A DNA stretch of 64,000 nucleotides from an uncultured Micromonosporaceae bacterium (GCA_964438855.1 CAYTMR010000001.1:24343-88342), one strand, 5' to 3'. Positions 9,511 through 20,800 are shown, counted from the stretch's first letter. Notes: generated by a model from the letters alone, not told the origin. Made by a program: numbers and translations.

Positions 9511-10959
9511 GTGGAGCAGCCCGGCACCGACCCGCGACGCTGGCGAGCGTTGTCCGTCTGCTTGGTAGCCGGCTTCATGTCGCTGCTGGACGTGAGCATC
9601 GTCAACGTGGCGTTGCCCACCATCCGCACCAGCTTGGGGGCTTCCGAAAGCGACCTGCAGTGGATCGTGTCCGGGTATGCGCTCACCTTCGGCCTGGTCC
9701 TGGTGCCCGCGGGGCGGTTCGGCGACGCCCGCGGTCGGCGGGACGTGTTCGTACTCGGCGTCGGGCTGTTCACGCTCGCCAGCGCGGCGGCCGGGTTGGC
9801 TCCGTCGGCCGGGCTCCTGATCACCGCCCGACTACTCCAAGGGATCGGTGCGGGAATCATGCATCCGCAGATCAGTGGCCTGATCCAGCAACTGTTCCGC
9901 GGGGCGGAGCGGGGCCGGGCGTTCGGTTGGCTGGGCACCACGATCGGGATCTCCACCGCGGTGGGGCCACTGCTGGGCGGGATCCTCATTCAGCTCGCCG
10001 GCTCACCCGAAGGCTGGCGGTGGATCTTCTTCGTGAACTTGCCGATCGGGCTGCTGGCGATCGGGCTGGCCTTCCGGGTGATCCCTGGTTACCTGCGCCG
10101 GGCCGCGCGGCGGGAGAGCATGGATCCCCTGGGGGTCCTGCTGCTGGGCACCGGCGTGCTGCTCGTACTGTTGCCGCTGATCGAAGCCCGGAACTGGTCG
10201 GTGGGCAGGATCGCGCTGCTGACGGTGGCCGGCCTAGCCGCCCTGACCGCCTTCGTCGGTTGGGAGCGGCGGTACGCCCGCCACCGGGAGCCGGTGGTCG
10301 ACCTGTCCTTGTTCCGACTGCGTTCCTACACGCTCGGAGTGGTCATCGGGCTGGTGTACTTCGCCGGCTTCACCGCCATCTTCCTGGCCTTCACGGTCTA
10401 CTTGCAGCTCGGCCTGGACTATTCGGCGCTGGCCGCGGGCGCGGCGCTCACCCCGTTCTCGCTCGGCTCCGCGGTCGCCGCCCTCGTGGGCGGGCGGATC
10501 GTCACCCGATTCGGCCGGCGAGTCGTGGCCACCGGGTTGACGCTGGTGACGCTCGGGGTCGGCGGCTCAGCGCTCGGGGCCGGGGTGATGCCGGATACGG
10601 GGGCGATCTGGCTGGTGGCCGCCCCGTTGCTGATCGCCGGGTTCGGGAGCGGGCTGGTGATCTCCCCTAACGTGACCCTGACGTTGGCGGAGGTACCGGT
10701 GGCACGGGCCGGTAGCGCCAGCGGGGTGCTGCAAACCGGGCAACGCCTCGGGTCGGCGATCGGCATCGCCTCGGTCGGCTCGGTCTTCTTCGCCGCCGCT
10801 GCCCACGGCAACTGGGGCAGCGCCTACTGGCACGCCATGCTGGTGACCATCGCGTTGATCGTGACGGCGCTGGCCGCCGCCCTGCTCGATCTTCGGCTCA
10901 GCCGACGGCCCCCAGCCGGTTCGGGTGGCCGCCGGCGTACGAGCGAGCGGGCGGAATAA
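9511..10959 (+). CDS. MFS transporter, DHA2 (14-TMS) type
   Basis: LLDVSIVNVALPTI, GRFGDARGRR, WRWIFFVNLPIG. Confidence 0.93.
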   Translation: MEQPGTDPRRWRALSVCLVAGFMSLLDVSIVNVALPTIRTSLGASESDLQWIVSGYALTFGLVLVPAGRFGDARGRRDVFVLGVGLFTLASAAAGLAPSAGLLITARLLQGIGAGIMHPQISGLIQQLFRGAERGRAFGWLGTTIGISTAVGPLLGGILIQLAGSPEGWRWIFFVNLPIGLLAIGLAFRVIPGYLRRAARRESMDPLGVLLLGTGVLLVLLPLIEARNWSVGRIALLTVAGLAALTAFVGWERRYARHREPVVDLSLFRLRSYTLGVVIGLVYFAGFTAIFLAFTVYLQLGLDYSALAAGAALTPFSLGSAVAALVGGRIVTRFGRRVVATGLTLVTLGVGGSALGAGVMPDTGAIWLVAAPLLIAGFGSGLVISPNVTLTLAEVPVARAGSASGVLQTGQRLGSAIGIASVGSVFFAAAAHGNWGSAYWHAMLVTIALIVTALAAALLDLRLSRRPPAGSGGRRRTSERAE

Positions 10960-10982
10960 GGCACACTCCCCTTGTCGGCGTG

Positions 10983-11180
10983 CTACTTCCTGCCCTGGAA
11001 GTACTTTCCGGTCGCTTCTTTAGCCTTCTGTCGGGCTTTGTCTACCTTCGAGGTGTGTTCGCCACCGGTAGCCCGGTTGACCCGGTCGGCAACCTGGTCG
11101 ACGCCGCGCTCGGCCTGCTCTGGGCGGATCTTGTCTTTGGCCCGGTCGGCGAACTTCCGGATCGTCTGGCCTAGTCCCAT
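10983..11180 (-). CDS. Small MT0933-like antitoxin-domain protein
   Basis: 65 aa, GVDQVADRVNRATGGEHTSKVDK pattern; AAGGAGG RBS. Confidence 0.7.
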   Translation of the reverse strand: MGLGQTIRKFADRAKDKIRPEQAERGVDQVADRVNRATGGEHTSKVDKARQKAKEATGKYFQGRK

Positions 11181-11336
11181 GGCAACCTCCTTGTCGCCAT
11201 GACTGCTCCTTCGTCAACTGTACGCTCGGTCACGGAACCGCTACCAGCCCAGGAAGTGCCACCGATTTCGTTCGTCGGTGATCAGGTAGTGGTCAATGCC
11301 CCGGTTCCGACCGGTGGCCGAAGGCAGACTGGGGAC

Positions 11337-12332
11337 ATGACGCCTCCACGCCCATCGGGCGGGTCCGGGACCGGCCACCGGCGGCAGCCCGCCGCGGGTC
11401 AGGCCTGTGTCCCGGCGCCAGTGACCGCGCCGGAGGAGCGGGCCGGTGAGGTGCTGGCCCGGATCCGGCACCAGCGGTACGCGAGCGCGGCGCTGATCGC
11501 CGTCTGCTCCTCCGACGGCCGGCTGGCGGGGTTGGTCACCATAGAGGCGCTGCTGGCGGCCACCCCCGACGCCCGGATGCACACCCTCATGGCTCCGGAT
11601 CCGGTCACGGTGACGCCGGCCATGAGTCAGGAGCAGGCGGCGACGGTCGCTGCGCAGCAGGCACAGTCGGCTGTCGCGGTGGTGGACCCTGACGGCCGGT
11701 TCCAGGGCGTGATCCCGCCCCAGCGTCTGCTGTCGGTGCTGCTGGCCGAACACCACGAGGATCTGGCTCGGCTCGGCGGTTTCCTCCATTCCGCTGACAC
11801 CGCCCGTCTCTCCACCGTCGAGAGTGTGCCTCGGCGGTTGTGGCACCGGCTGCCCTGGCTCGGCCTCGGCCTGGCCGGTGCGATGCTCTCGGCGGGGTTG
11901 ATGAACGCCTTCGAACGGCAACTCGACGACCTGGTGCTGATCGCCTTCTTCATCCCGGGCATCGTGTACCTCGCCGACGCGGTCGGCACCCAGACCGAGA
12001 CCATCGCGATCCGGGGGCTGCCGCTCGGGGTGCCCATCCGACAAATCGCCCCCCGGGAGGCGCTCACCGGGGTGCTCATCGGTGGGCTGCTCGGGGCGGT
12101 GCTGCTACCAGTGGTCACGGTGGTGTGGGGGGATACCGCGGTCGCCGTGGCGGTGGCGCTCGCGGTCGCCGCCGCGAGCACGGTGGCCAGCATGGTGGCG
12201 ATGGCCCTGCCGTGGCTGCTGCACCGGCTCGGTCGTGACCCCGCCTTCGGCGCCGGGCCGGTGGGCACCGTACTTCAGGATCTGTTGTCGCTGGGCATCT
12301 ATCTGGCGATAGCGGTGCCACTGGCCAGCTGA
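11337..12332 (+). CDS. MgtE-family magnesium transporter (CBS pair + membrane domain)
   Basis: CBS motifs (GRLAGLVT, VVDPDGRFQG), RLPWL, DPAFGAGPVGTVLQD; start uncertain. Confidence 0.85.
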   Translation: MTPPRPSGGSGTGHRRQPAAGQACVPAPVTAPEERAGEVLARIRHQRYASAALIAVCSSDGRLAGLVTIEALLAATPDARMHTLMAPDPVTVTPAMSQEQAATVAAQQAQSAVAVVDPDGRFQGVIPPQRLLSVLLAEHHEDLARLGGFLHSADTARLSTVESVPRRLWHRLPWLGLGLAGAMLSAGLMNAFERQLDDLVLIAFFIPGIVYLADAVGTQTETIAIRGLPLGVPIRQIAPREALTGVLIGGLLGAVLLPVVTVVWGDTAVAVAVALAVAAASTVASMVAMALPWLLHRLGRDPAFGAGPVGTVLQDLLSLGIYLAIAVPLAS

Positions 12333-12407
12333 CGGCGGGCCGCCAGGGCCGGTCAGAGTACACGGGTGATGCCTTCGGCGGCGATCCGGTCGCTCACCCC
12401 TGCACCC

Positions 12408-12428
12408 ATGCTAGCAAAGTGCTAGCAT
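12408..12428. promoter_or_regulatory. TA operator, perfect inverted repeat ATGCTAGCA-AAG-TGCTAGCAT
   Basis: 9-bp inverted repeat ending 7 nt before the antitoxin ATG; resembles RHH antitoxin operators. Confidence 0.7.
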
Positions 12429-12435
12429 AGCGGAT

Positions 12436-12663
12436 ATGGCAGTGCTCTATATCCGCGACGTCTCCGATGAGGTTGCCGAGACCCTCCGGCAGCGAGCCGC
12501 GGCCGCAGGTATGTCTCTGTCGGCGTATGTCGCGCGCGAATTGACAAAACTCGCTACCCGCCCCACCAATGTAGAGATTGTGCAACGACTTCGTAGGAAA
12601 GACCGGTCTACTGGCCCTTCCACCGCTGAGATCGTCGAGGCGGTCCGGGATAGCCGTCGATGA
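12436..12663 (+). CDS. Ribbon-helix-helix antitoxin (FitA/VapB-like)
   Basis: MAVLYIRDVSDEVAETLRQRAAAAGMSLSAY; ATGA overlap with the PIN gene. Confidence 0.88.
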   Translation: MAVLYIRDVSDEVAETLRQRAAAAGMSLSAYVARELTKLATRPTNVEIVQRLRRKDRSTGPSTAEIVEAVRDSRR

Positions 12664-13043
12664 TCGTCGTTGACGCCTCCGCCATGGTGGAGGCGCTGGT
12701 GGGCCAGGATGTGGACGACCGGCTACTCGACGCACTACAGAACAGCGTCTGTGCCCCGCATCTGCTAGATGCGGAGGTCTTGTCAGTGCTGCGGGGACTG
12801 GAGCTCTCTGGAAAGCTGCCACCGCGAGCTGCGGAGCAGGCCCGGATGGACTACTTCGCGTTGGTCATTGTCCGATACGAGGTCAGTGCCTTGGCAGACC
12901 GGGTCTGGCAGCTCCGCCACCGCTACACCACCTACGACGCCTGTTATCTGGCCCTGGCTGAAGCATTGGATGCCCCGCTCTACACCTGCGACCGCAAGCT
13001 CGCCAGCGGCGGACACCGAGCCGCGATCGTGGCATTCCCTTAA
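12660..13043 (+). CDS. vapC: VapC-family PIN domain toxin
   Basis: MIVVDASA, APHLLDAEV, YDACYLALAE, LYTCD acidic PIN residues. Confidence 0.92.
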   Translation: MIVVDASAMVEALVGQDVDDRLLDALQNSVCAPHLLDAEVLSVLRGLELSGKLPPRAAEQARMDYFALVIVRYEVSALADRVWQLRHRYTTYDACYLALAEALDAPLYTCDRKLASGGHRAAIVAFP

Positions 13044-13247
13044 CAACCGCACGATTGAGCAATGGCGTTCACCACTGCACCAGTGGAGGTTGTTCACCCA
13101 TCCGGCGACAACGTGTCGGTGCCGGCCCCGGAGCTCCTGGCCGATAATGCGCGCCTACACGCCTACGCCGGGCAGGCCAGCCTGAACTGCGCCCACGGGT
13201 ACGTGACCGTGGTGCACCTCCCGGCACCGTAGGCACGCCCGCAAGCA

Positions 13248-13292
13248 ACGTGCCCGGGTGCGCCGACGGGACATCGGCGCACCCGGGCACGT
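13248..13292. terminator. 19-bp perfect stem-loop downstream of the S8 peptidase
   Basis: ACGTGCCCGGGTGCGCCGA-cgggaca-TCGGCGCACCCGGGCACGT between convergent genes. Confidence 0.75.
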
Positions 13293-13301
13293 CTGCCGGG
13301 A

Positions 13302-16300
13302 TCAGCGCAGTCGATAGGCCCGGATGATCTCCTGTTCCACCGTGTTGCCGTCGGCGTCCACGGCCGTGACCTTCAACGACAGGTACTCCGCGTCCCGAGG
13401 CCGGTGGTTCGGCGGGATCACCGCCTGGAACTCGCCCGCTCCGGTCGCCCGGACGTTGGGGGATTCATGCCAGCTCTCCCCATCGTCGTAGGACGCCCAG
13501 AGCCGGACCTGTGTGATCGGTAGCTGCTCGGCCCCCGGCTGGTGAGCCACGGTCAGGCCGATGTGCTGGGCACCGGGCTTGGTGCCGTTGTTCAACAGGT
13601 CGACCGCCACGTCATAGCCCACCTCCAGCAGCGGCAGCACCTGCTCCTGCCCGGCCGGCGGCGGAGCCGACTGGAAAGTCCACGCGGTCGAGGTCCGGGT
13701 GGAGAACTCCCACCAGGAGGCCGAGCGGGTGGCGTCCAGCTCGATCCGGTACTCCGCCGGTTCCTTACCGACCCGGAACTCACCTTCGGAGTACGGGGAC
13801 TCCGTGATCAGCTCCCCGTTTTCGAAGATCCGGAAGGTGACGTCGTCACCGGTGAGGGCGCCGTGGCTGTCGTGACCGGAACTGTCCACCCACACCGGGA
13901 TCCGCAGCAGGAAGTAGTCACTGTAGCGGTGCGCGGGACCGAACTTGCTGCTTCCTGGCGGGAAGGCCGGCCGGGTCACCTGCCGGTTCCAGCTCGCCTG
14001 GACCGTCTCCCCCGCCTCGTAGCTGACCGCCGGCTGGAACAGCGAGTAGAAGGACTTCCCGCTCGATCCGACGTTCACCGTCTGGGTCCACCGGACGTCG
14101 CCGACCGAGACGTAGTCGGTCCGGGCGTGGGGCGCGTGGAAGTGGCGCATCATGGCGCTACCGCCGCCCTCCCAGGGGAGGAACCCGCTCCGGGTCTCGC
14201 TGATGCGGTGGTCGGGTACGTGGCTGTGGAAGGTGCTCTCCACTCGTGCGGTGTTGCGGTCGTCGATGGTGTAGCTCAACGACTCGGGCACCTGACCGGA
14301 TTCCGGCAGGATCAGGTCGTACAGGTATGGGCTGGGCCCGTCCCCCGGCGCCTCCAGCGTCCACTTGGTGTAGAACTCAAGGTCGCCGACCTCCAGCGGC
14401 GCGGTCGGGCTCACGTACACCTTCGACCGGGCGTTGGTGGTGTAGGTGTGCCCGATGCCCTGGCCACGCGCGTCGATCCGGTGGTACTTGACCACGAAAT
14501 CGACGGTCTCGGTCGGGTGGGCGGTGTGGATCTCCACCGGTACGGCGTCGCGGGCGTCGAGCACGACCGTGACGTCCTCGGTGACGGACACCTCCGGCTG
14601 CATGACCAGGGTGAGCTCGTCGCCCACCGCCTCGCCGATGAAGCCCATGACCGCGTAGTTGCCCGGCGGCACCCGCACCGTGACGCTGCCGCTGATCAGG
14701 TCGATCTGGCCACGGGCGAAGATCCGCTGGTCGTCGACGTTGATGACGTCCACATTGCTGATACCACCGGCGGGCCTCCCGTCCCGGTCGATCCCGCGGA
14801 TCCGGATGTCGTAGCGTTCGGTCTCCTTGAAGAACCCGACCGCGGTCCGCAGGTGGGTACCGGAGTCTTCGTCGACGGCCTGCACCCATCCGCCGTACAG
14901 GCCGTAGTCACCGACGCGCGGGTCGACGGTGATACTGACCTCGGCGGTGCCGCCGGCCGGCACCGTGACCTGGTCGGCGGCCAGTGTGAACATGCCCGCC
15001 GCCGGTGCCCGGCCCCGCTCGTCGGTGACGGTGGCCGACAGCGACAGCGCGACGTCCGCATCGGAGAGATTACGGTACGTGATGACCTCGGTGACCGGGT
15101 CCGTCTCGTCGTGCGGATACGGGAAGTGGCCCAGGCTCACCGAGTCGGTGAGGGCGAACACCTGGTGCGTCAGCGCCCGGTCGATCGCCACCCGGCCGGT
15201 ACCCTGCTGGTAGACGCTGTAGTTGGCGCTGGGCACCGCGGTCGACATCAGCGCCGCGGTGATCTCCTCCGGGGTCCAGGCCGGGTACCGCTGCATCAGC
15301 AGAGCGGCCGCGCCGGCCACGTGCGGGGCGGCCATGGACGTGCCGTTCATCGCCAGGTAGTACTCGTCCACGATGACGCCCAGGTCGCTGCCGTCGGCCC
15401 GGGCGGCGACGATCCCGACCCCGGGGGCGGTCAGGTCCGGTTTGAGCGCGAAGTCGCCGGCCCGCGGGCCTCGACTGGAGAACCCGGCCAGCCGGTTGGA
15501 CTTGTCCACCGCCCCCACCGTGAGCGCCTTGTCCGCCGCGGCGGGAGTGGTGATCGTCCCTTCCCCGCCTTCGTTCCCCGCGGAGATGACGAATAGGACA
15601 CCGTGCTCCTCGGTGAGCCTGTTGACCGCCTGGCTGGCCGGGTCGGTGCCGTCGGTGTAGCTGCCACGCACCCCCAGGCTCAGGTTCACGATGTCGGCGC
15701 CTTGCGCCACCGCCCATTCCATAGCCTGAATGACCCCGGACAGGGTGCCGGATCCGGCCGCATTGAGCACCTTGCCGTTGAGCAGTTCGGCCCCGTACGC
15801 GATTCCCCGGTACTGCCCGTCCGAGGCGGCGCCGGTGCCGGCGATGGTCGCCGCGACATGGGTGCCGTGCCCGGCTTCGTCCGTCGTGGTGGGGTCGTCG
15901 GTGAAGTTGGCTTCCTGCACCACGACTCCGGCCAGGTCAGGGTGGGTGGTGTCGATGCCGGAGTCGAGCACGGCGATGGTGATGCCCTCACCGGTGAAAC
16001 CGGACTGCCACGCCTCGGGGGCGCCGATCTGCGGGGCGCTGTCGTCCAGCAGGCTCACGACCTGCCGGTCCAACCAAATCTTCTCCACACCCGCCAGCGG
16101 GGACGAGGTCACCGACCGGCTGCCCTGGGCGCGCGTCTGCACGGTCAAGGCGTTGGCCAGCAGGTGCGCCTCGTGCTTGTCCACCTGGGCCGCGGCCCCG
16201 TCGATGGAGGTGAGGAGGTCGGTGGTGGTCACCGCCGGGACACTGCTCATCGTGGTGATCGCATCCCGGTCAAAGGTGACGATGACCGGAATCTGGCCGG

Positions 16301-16703
16301 TGCTGGCGTCGTCGTACCCCTCCTGCGCCAGCAGGGTGAGGTCGAACAGGGCCCGGTCGAGGAAGTGCGGTACGAGCGGGGCCACATCGGTCGGGATGAG
16401 ATAGATGTGCCCGTCCTCTTCATACTGGTGGAACTCGGGCACCGCACCGTCGGCCCGAGCCGCCGGGTCGATCGCCACCAGCTGTCGACCGTCCTCGGTC
16501 ACCGTCAACTGGGCCCGGTCGCCGGTGATGAGCGTGAGATCGAACCGCTCCACCCCGGTCGAGAGTTCTCCCAGCTGGACTATGGTGGAGCCGCCATCGC
16601 CCCCGGTCGGGGGTGGTGCGGCACCAGCCGCCGTGGTGAAAGGGGCACCCGCGATCATTGCCGCTGACGCTGCCGCGAGCAGACGCATGTGGAATCTCGG
16701 CAA
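13302..16703 (-). CDS. Secreted S8 (subtilisin-like) serine peptidase
   Basis: Triad motifs VLDSGID, GHGTHVA, GTSMAAPHVAG; signal peptide; TTG start at 16703 after AAGGAGG. Confidence 0.93.
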   Translation of the reverse strand: MPRFHMRLLAAASAAMIAGAPFTTAAGAAPPPTGGDGGSTIVQLGELSTGVERFDLTLITGDRAQLTVTEDGRQLVAIDPAARADGAVPEFHQYEEDGHIYLIPTDVAPLVPHFLDRALFDLTLLAQEGYDDASTGQIPVIVTFDRDAITTMSSVPAVTTTDLLTSIDGAAAQVDKHEAHLLANALTVQTRAQGSRSVTSSPLAGVEKIWLDRQVVSLLDDSAPQIGAPEAWQSGFTGEGITIAVLDSGIDTTHPDLAGVVVQEANFTDDPTTTDEAGHGTHVAATIAGTGAASDGQYRGIAYGAELLNGKVLNAAGSGTLSGVIQAMEWAVAQGADIVNLSLGVRGSYTDGTDPASQAVNRLTEEHGVLFVISAGNEGGEGTITTPAAADKALTVGAVDKSNRLAGFSSRGPRAGDFALKPDLTAPGVGIVAARADGSDLGVIVDEYYLAMNGTSMAAPHVAGAAALLMQRYPAWTPEEITAALMSTAVPSANYSVYQQGTGRVAIDRALTHQVFALTDSVSLGHFPYPHDETDPVTEVITYRNLSDADVALSLSATVTDERGRAPAAGMFTLAADQVTVPAGGTAEVSITVDPRVGDYGLYGGWVQAVDEDSGTHLRTAVGFFKETERYDIRIRGIDRDGRPAGGISNVDVINVDDQRIFARGQIDLISGSVTVRVPPGNYAVMGFIGEAVGDELTLVMQPEVSVTEDVTVVLDARDAVPVEIHTAHPTETVDFVVKYHRIDARGQGIGHTYTTNARSKVYVSPTAPLEVGDLEFYTKWTLEAPGDGPSPYLYDLILPESGQVPESLSYTIDDRNTARVESTFHSHVPDHRISETRSGFLPWEGGGSAMMRHFHAPHARTDYVSVGDVRWTQTVNVGSSGKSFYSLFQPAVSYEAGETVQASWNRQVTRPAFPPGSSKFGPAHRYSDYFLLRIPVWVDSSGHDSHGALTGDDVTFRIFENGELITESPYSEGEFRVGKEPAEYRIELDATRSASWWEFSTRTSTAWTFQSAPPPAGQEQVLPLLEVGYDVAVDLLNNGTKPGAQHIGLTVAHQPGAEQLPITQVRLWASYDDGESWHESPNVRATGAGEFQAVIPPNHRPRDAEYLSLKVTAVDADGNTVEQEIIRAYRLR

Positions 16704-16837
16704 GAAGCTCTCCTCCTTGACAGTCCCGCCGGTGACGGCGCCCCGATCCATGCGCCGCCGTGCTCATGATCATGACGGAGTACGGAGACGACAAGGCATA
16801 GCGGCTGGCCGGATGTGGACATTGGCAGGTATCCGCC

Positions 16838-17806
16838 ATGCGTGATCAGCTAGGACTCTCCGCGGCCGAAGAGCAGGTCTACCTCACGGTCCTGCAGCGG
16901 GGCGACGCCGACCTGACCGAGTTGTCCCAGGTGCTACCCGCAACGGTGCAGGTGGACTTGGCGCAGATCCTGGAGCGGCTGCACCAGCGGGGTCTGCTGG
17001 AACGGGTGGCGGAGGAGCCACCCCGCTACCGGCCGGTGGATCCCGCGGTCGCCCTGGCCGACCACATCGCCGCCAAGGAGCGGGAACTGCAACGCTCTCG
17101 GCAGCTGGTCGAGGAGCTCGCGCAGCAGTACGTACGGGCGACGACACCGTTGCGACTACGCCCCCAGGAGCTGGTGGAGGTGGTCGTCGGGGCCCGGGAA
17201 GTCATGGACCGCCTCCGGGGGGAGCATCGGCGGGCCCGCCGGGAGGTACGTTCCCTGGAGCGTCCCCCGTATGTGCAGGTCAACACCGCGCCGAACCCGA
17301 TCGAGATGGAGCTCCTGGCCCAGGGGGTGGCGCACCGGGTCATCTATGAGGAGGACGCGGTCAACCTGCCGGGCCGGTGGAACGACATCATCGGCGGCAT
17401 CGAGGCCGGCGAACAGGCCCGGGTCGTGCCCCGGCTGCCCGCGAAGGTGCTGCTGATCGACGACCGGGTGGCGCTCCTGCCGGCGCGGCCGGGTGGATTG
17501 TTCACCGACGGGCTGCTGGTCGTGCACTCGGGGGCGCTGCTGGAGTTGCTGAGCGAGGTGTTCGAGGTGACGTGGGCGCACGCCATACCCCTGCGGGTGA
17601 CCGCCGGCGGGCTCAAGGACGAAAGCGCCGACGAGCAGCTGGTGCTCAACCTGCTGGCCGCGGGGCTCACCGACGACGCCATGGCGCGGCACCTGGGGGT
17701 CAGCGTCCGGACCGTGCAGCGCCGCGTCCGGGAGATCTGCGCGCGGTTGGGCGCCCGGACCCGTTTCCAGGCCGGTCTGCAGGCCCGCCGGCACGGGCTG
17801 CTGTGA
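16838..17806 (+). CDS. TrmB-like N-terminal / LuxR C-terminal HTH transcriptional regulator
   Basis: LGLSAAEEQVYLTVL; LAAGLTDDAMARHLGVSVRTVQRRV...TRFQAG; divergent from the S8 gene. Confidence 0.85.
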   Translation: MRDQLGLSAAEEQVYLTVLQRGDADLTELSQVLPATVQVDLAQILERLHQRGLLERVAEEPPRYRPVDPAVALADHIAAKERELQRSRQLVEELAQQYVRATTPLRLRPQELVEVVVGAREVMDRLRGEHRRARREVRSLERPPYVQVNTAPNPIEMELLAQGVAHRVIYEEDAVNLPGRWNDIIGGIEAGEQARVVPRLPAKVLLIDDRVALLPARPGGLFTDGLLVVHSGALLELLSEVFEVTWAHAIPLRVTAGGLKDESADEQLVLNLLAAGLTDDAMARHLGVSVRTVQRRVREICARLGARTRFQAGLQARRHGLL

Positions 17807-17843
17807 CCGCGGAGGTCACCACCGGCGGGCCCGGGCCGGTCCG

Positions 17844-20800
17844 TTACGCGGGTTGCGGAGTCGCGGGCTCCTGCGCGGGCACGCTCACCCGGCCTCGCCG
17901 CGCCGCCCGCTTCTCTGCCCGCCGCAACTTCCGCCGTTCGATCAGCAGGTAGAGCGCCGGCACCACGTACAGGGTCAGCAGCGTGGAGGAGCAGAGGCCG
18001 CCGATCACCACCAGCGCCAGCGGTTGGCTGATGAACCCGCCGCCCGGCAAGAACCCGAGGGCCATGGGGAGGAGCGCGAAGATGGTCGCCAGGGCCGTCA
18101 TGACGATCGGCCGCAGGCGCTGCCGGGCCCCTTCCCGCACCGCGTCCGCCAACGACCGCCCGTGTTCGCGGTACTGGTTGATCAGGTCAATCAGCACGAT
18201 CGCGTTGGAGACCACGATGCCCACCAGCATCAGCACCCCGATGAGGGCGGGCACTCCCAGTGGCGTGCCGGAAGCCAGCAGCGCGATCAGCGCTCCGGTG
18301 GCGGCGAACGGTACCGACACCAACAGGATCAGCGGCTGGATCATGGACCGGAACGTGGCCACCATGACGATGTACACGATGGCGATGGCGGCCAGCAACG
18401 CCAGCCCCAGGTTGGCGAACGCTTCCGCCTGGTCGGCGGCGAGACCGCCCACAGTGACCTCCGCGCCCGCCGGCAAGTCCAGGTCACGCACCGCGGCGGT
18501 GAGCGCTTCGGTCACCGCCCCCAGGTCCTGACTGGTCGGGGTGACGGACACGGTGGCGGAGCGTCTGCCGTCGACCCGGGTCAGGGCGGCCGGCGCCTCG
18601 ACCTCCTCGATGGCGGCTAGTCGGGTAACCGGGACCTCACCCGCCGGGGTCGGCACGCGGAGCCGGCTCAGCTCCGCCACGCTGGTGGGCGGGGCCAGGG
18701 CAGCGACCACCACGTCGACCGGGCCGTCGCCGAGATCAACCCGGCCGACGGTCTGGTCGCTCATCGCCCCGGCGATGAACTGGGAGATCTGGAGCTCGGT
18801 GAGGCCGGCGGCCGCGGCGGCGGCGCGGTCCACAGTCACCTGGATACGGCTCTGGGCGGTGGCCAGGTTGTTCGTGACCTCGGCGATGCCGTCCACGTCG
18901 CGCACCGCCTCCTCGACCGCGGCGGCCGCGCTGGCCAGCGACTCGGCGTCGGGAGCGGTCACGTGCAGGTCCACGGTGGCTCCCCCGAACCCGGAGTCGT
19001 CGCTGGTGACTCGGATCTCGCCCGGTACTCCCGCCGCGAGCAGGAGATCCCGTAGCTCGTCCCGGATCGCGACCGTGTCCGCGTCGCCGTCGAGGGTGAC
19101 CGCGAACGAGGCCCGGGGCGCGCTGCCCCCGAAGAGCACCGCGATGCCGCTGCTACCGACCGTGGTCTGCACCGTCTCGACCTCCGCCAGGTCGGCGAGC
19201 ACCTCCTCCACCTGCCGCGCACCGGCGTCCTGCGCCTCCAGGGTGGTGCCGGCCGGGAACGTCTGGGTGATGGTCACGGTGTTCTGCCCGGAGTCACCGA
19301 TGAAGTTGGTCTCCAGCCGGGGGGTGAGGGCGACCGTCCCGGCGAGCACCAGGCCGGCCAGCCCGATGACCGCCCAGGGGCGACGCAGCGCGGCCGCCAG
19401 GGTCGGCACATACACCCGCTGCCACAGCCCCCGACGTTCCTTGGCTTCGGCGGCCGCGCGCTGGGCGGTCGGATTGTCACCGGAGACCCCCCGGGGCTCC
19501 CGGACGAACCAGTAGGCGAGCACCGGGACCACGGTGAGGGCCACCACCAGCGAGGCGAGCATGGCGATGGTCACGGTCATCGCAAACGGCTGGAAGAGCT
19601 CCCCCACCAGGCCGGAGATGAAGGCGATCGGAGCGAACACGGCCACGGTGCAGATGGTGGAGGCGGTGATGGCGCTGCCGACTTCCTTGACCGCGGTGAG
19701 GATGGCGGCCCGCTTGCCGACGCCGTACGCCAGGTGCCGCTTGATGTTCTCGATCACGACGATGGCGTCGTCGACCACGCGGCCGATCGCGATCGTCATG
19801 GCCCCGAGGGTGAGGATGTTCAGGGTGTAGCCGGACAGGTTCATCACCAGGAAGGTGACCGCCAGGGACAGCGGGATCGACACCGCGGAGACCAGCGTGG
19901 AGGAGATGGAGGCGAGGAACGCCAGGATCACCAGGACGGCGAACACCAGCCCCAGCCCACCCTTGGTGGCCAGGCCGTGGATCGACTCCTCGATGAACGG
20001 GGCCTGGTCGAACACGACCGCGGTCCGGATCCCGCGCTCCGTCAGCACGTCCTGGATCCCGGCGACCGCCTCCCGCACCTCCCGGGACACCTCGACGGTG
20101 TTGCCCTGCAGCGTCTTGGTGACGGAGACCCCCAGGGACGGCTGGCCATCCAGCCGGGAGTAGCTGTCGGGCTCCTGCGCGACCTGCTCCACGGTCGCGA
20201 CCTCCCCCAATGTCACCGACGGCAGGGTGACGCCGGCGCTGGCGGCGGCCTCCCGTGCCTCCGCGGGCGGGGTGAGCGGCAGTGCCCGCAGCTCCTCCAG
20301 GCTGGTGATCGGGGAGCCGGCCTGGACGCTCAGCGCGCTCTCCCCGTCGATGACGGTGCCGGCGGGGAGCACGATCCCGTTGGTCTGCAGCAGGGTCGAC
20401 AACTGCGCGGGGCTCAGGCCGGCCGCGGCCAGCGCCGCCGGATCGGGGGTGATCCGCACCTGGGGGGTGGCCAGACCCGCCACCTCCACGCTCCGGACAT
20501 TCGCCACTTCCTCCAGCGCCGGGACCAGCACGTTGGTGACGGTGTCGGCCAGCTCCGCCTGGCTGACCCGGTCGTCGACGCCGGAGACCGCGAGATACAG
20601 CACCGGCAGGTCGTCGATGGAGCCGGTGATGACCTGTGGGTCAGCCTCCTCCGGCAACCTACCGTCCAGGCGCGCGACCGCGCCCCGCAACTGGGTGGCG
20701 GCGGTGTCCATGTCGGTGCCGTAGGTCAGCTCGACGCTGACCACCGACAGGCCGCTCGACGAGGTCGAGCTGACCTGCTCCACCCCCTCCACCGTGAGCA

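Noticed and set aside
13062-13232. 56-codon ORF downstream of vapC
   Set aside because: No RBS or recognisable motif; cannot be supported
13542-15596. Long antisense or alternate-frame ORFs (also 3919-5553, 31896-34391, 37169-39109, 50223-51830)
   Set aside because: Shadows of real genes caused by high-GC codon bias; no recognisable motifs
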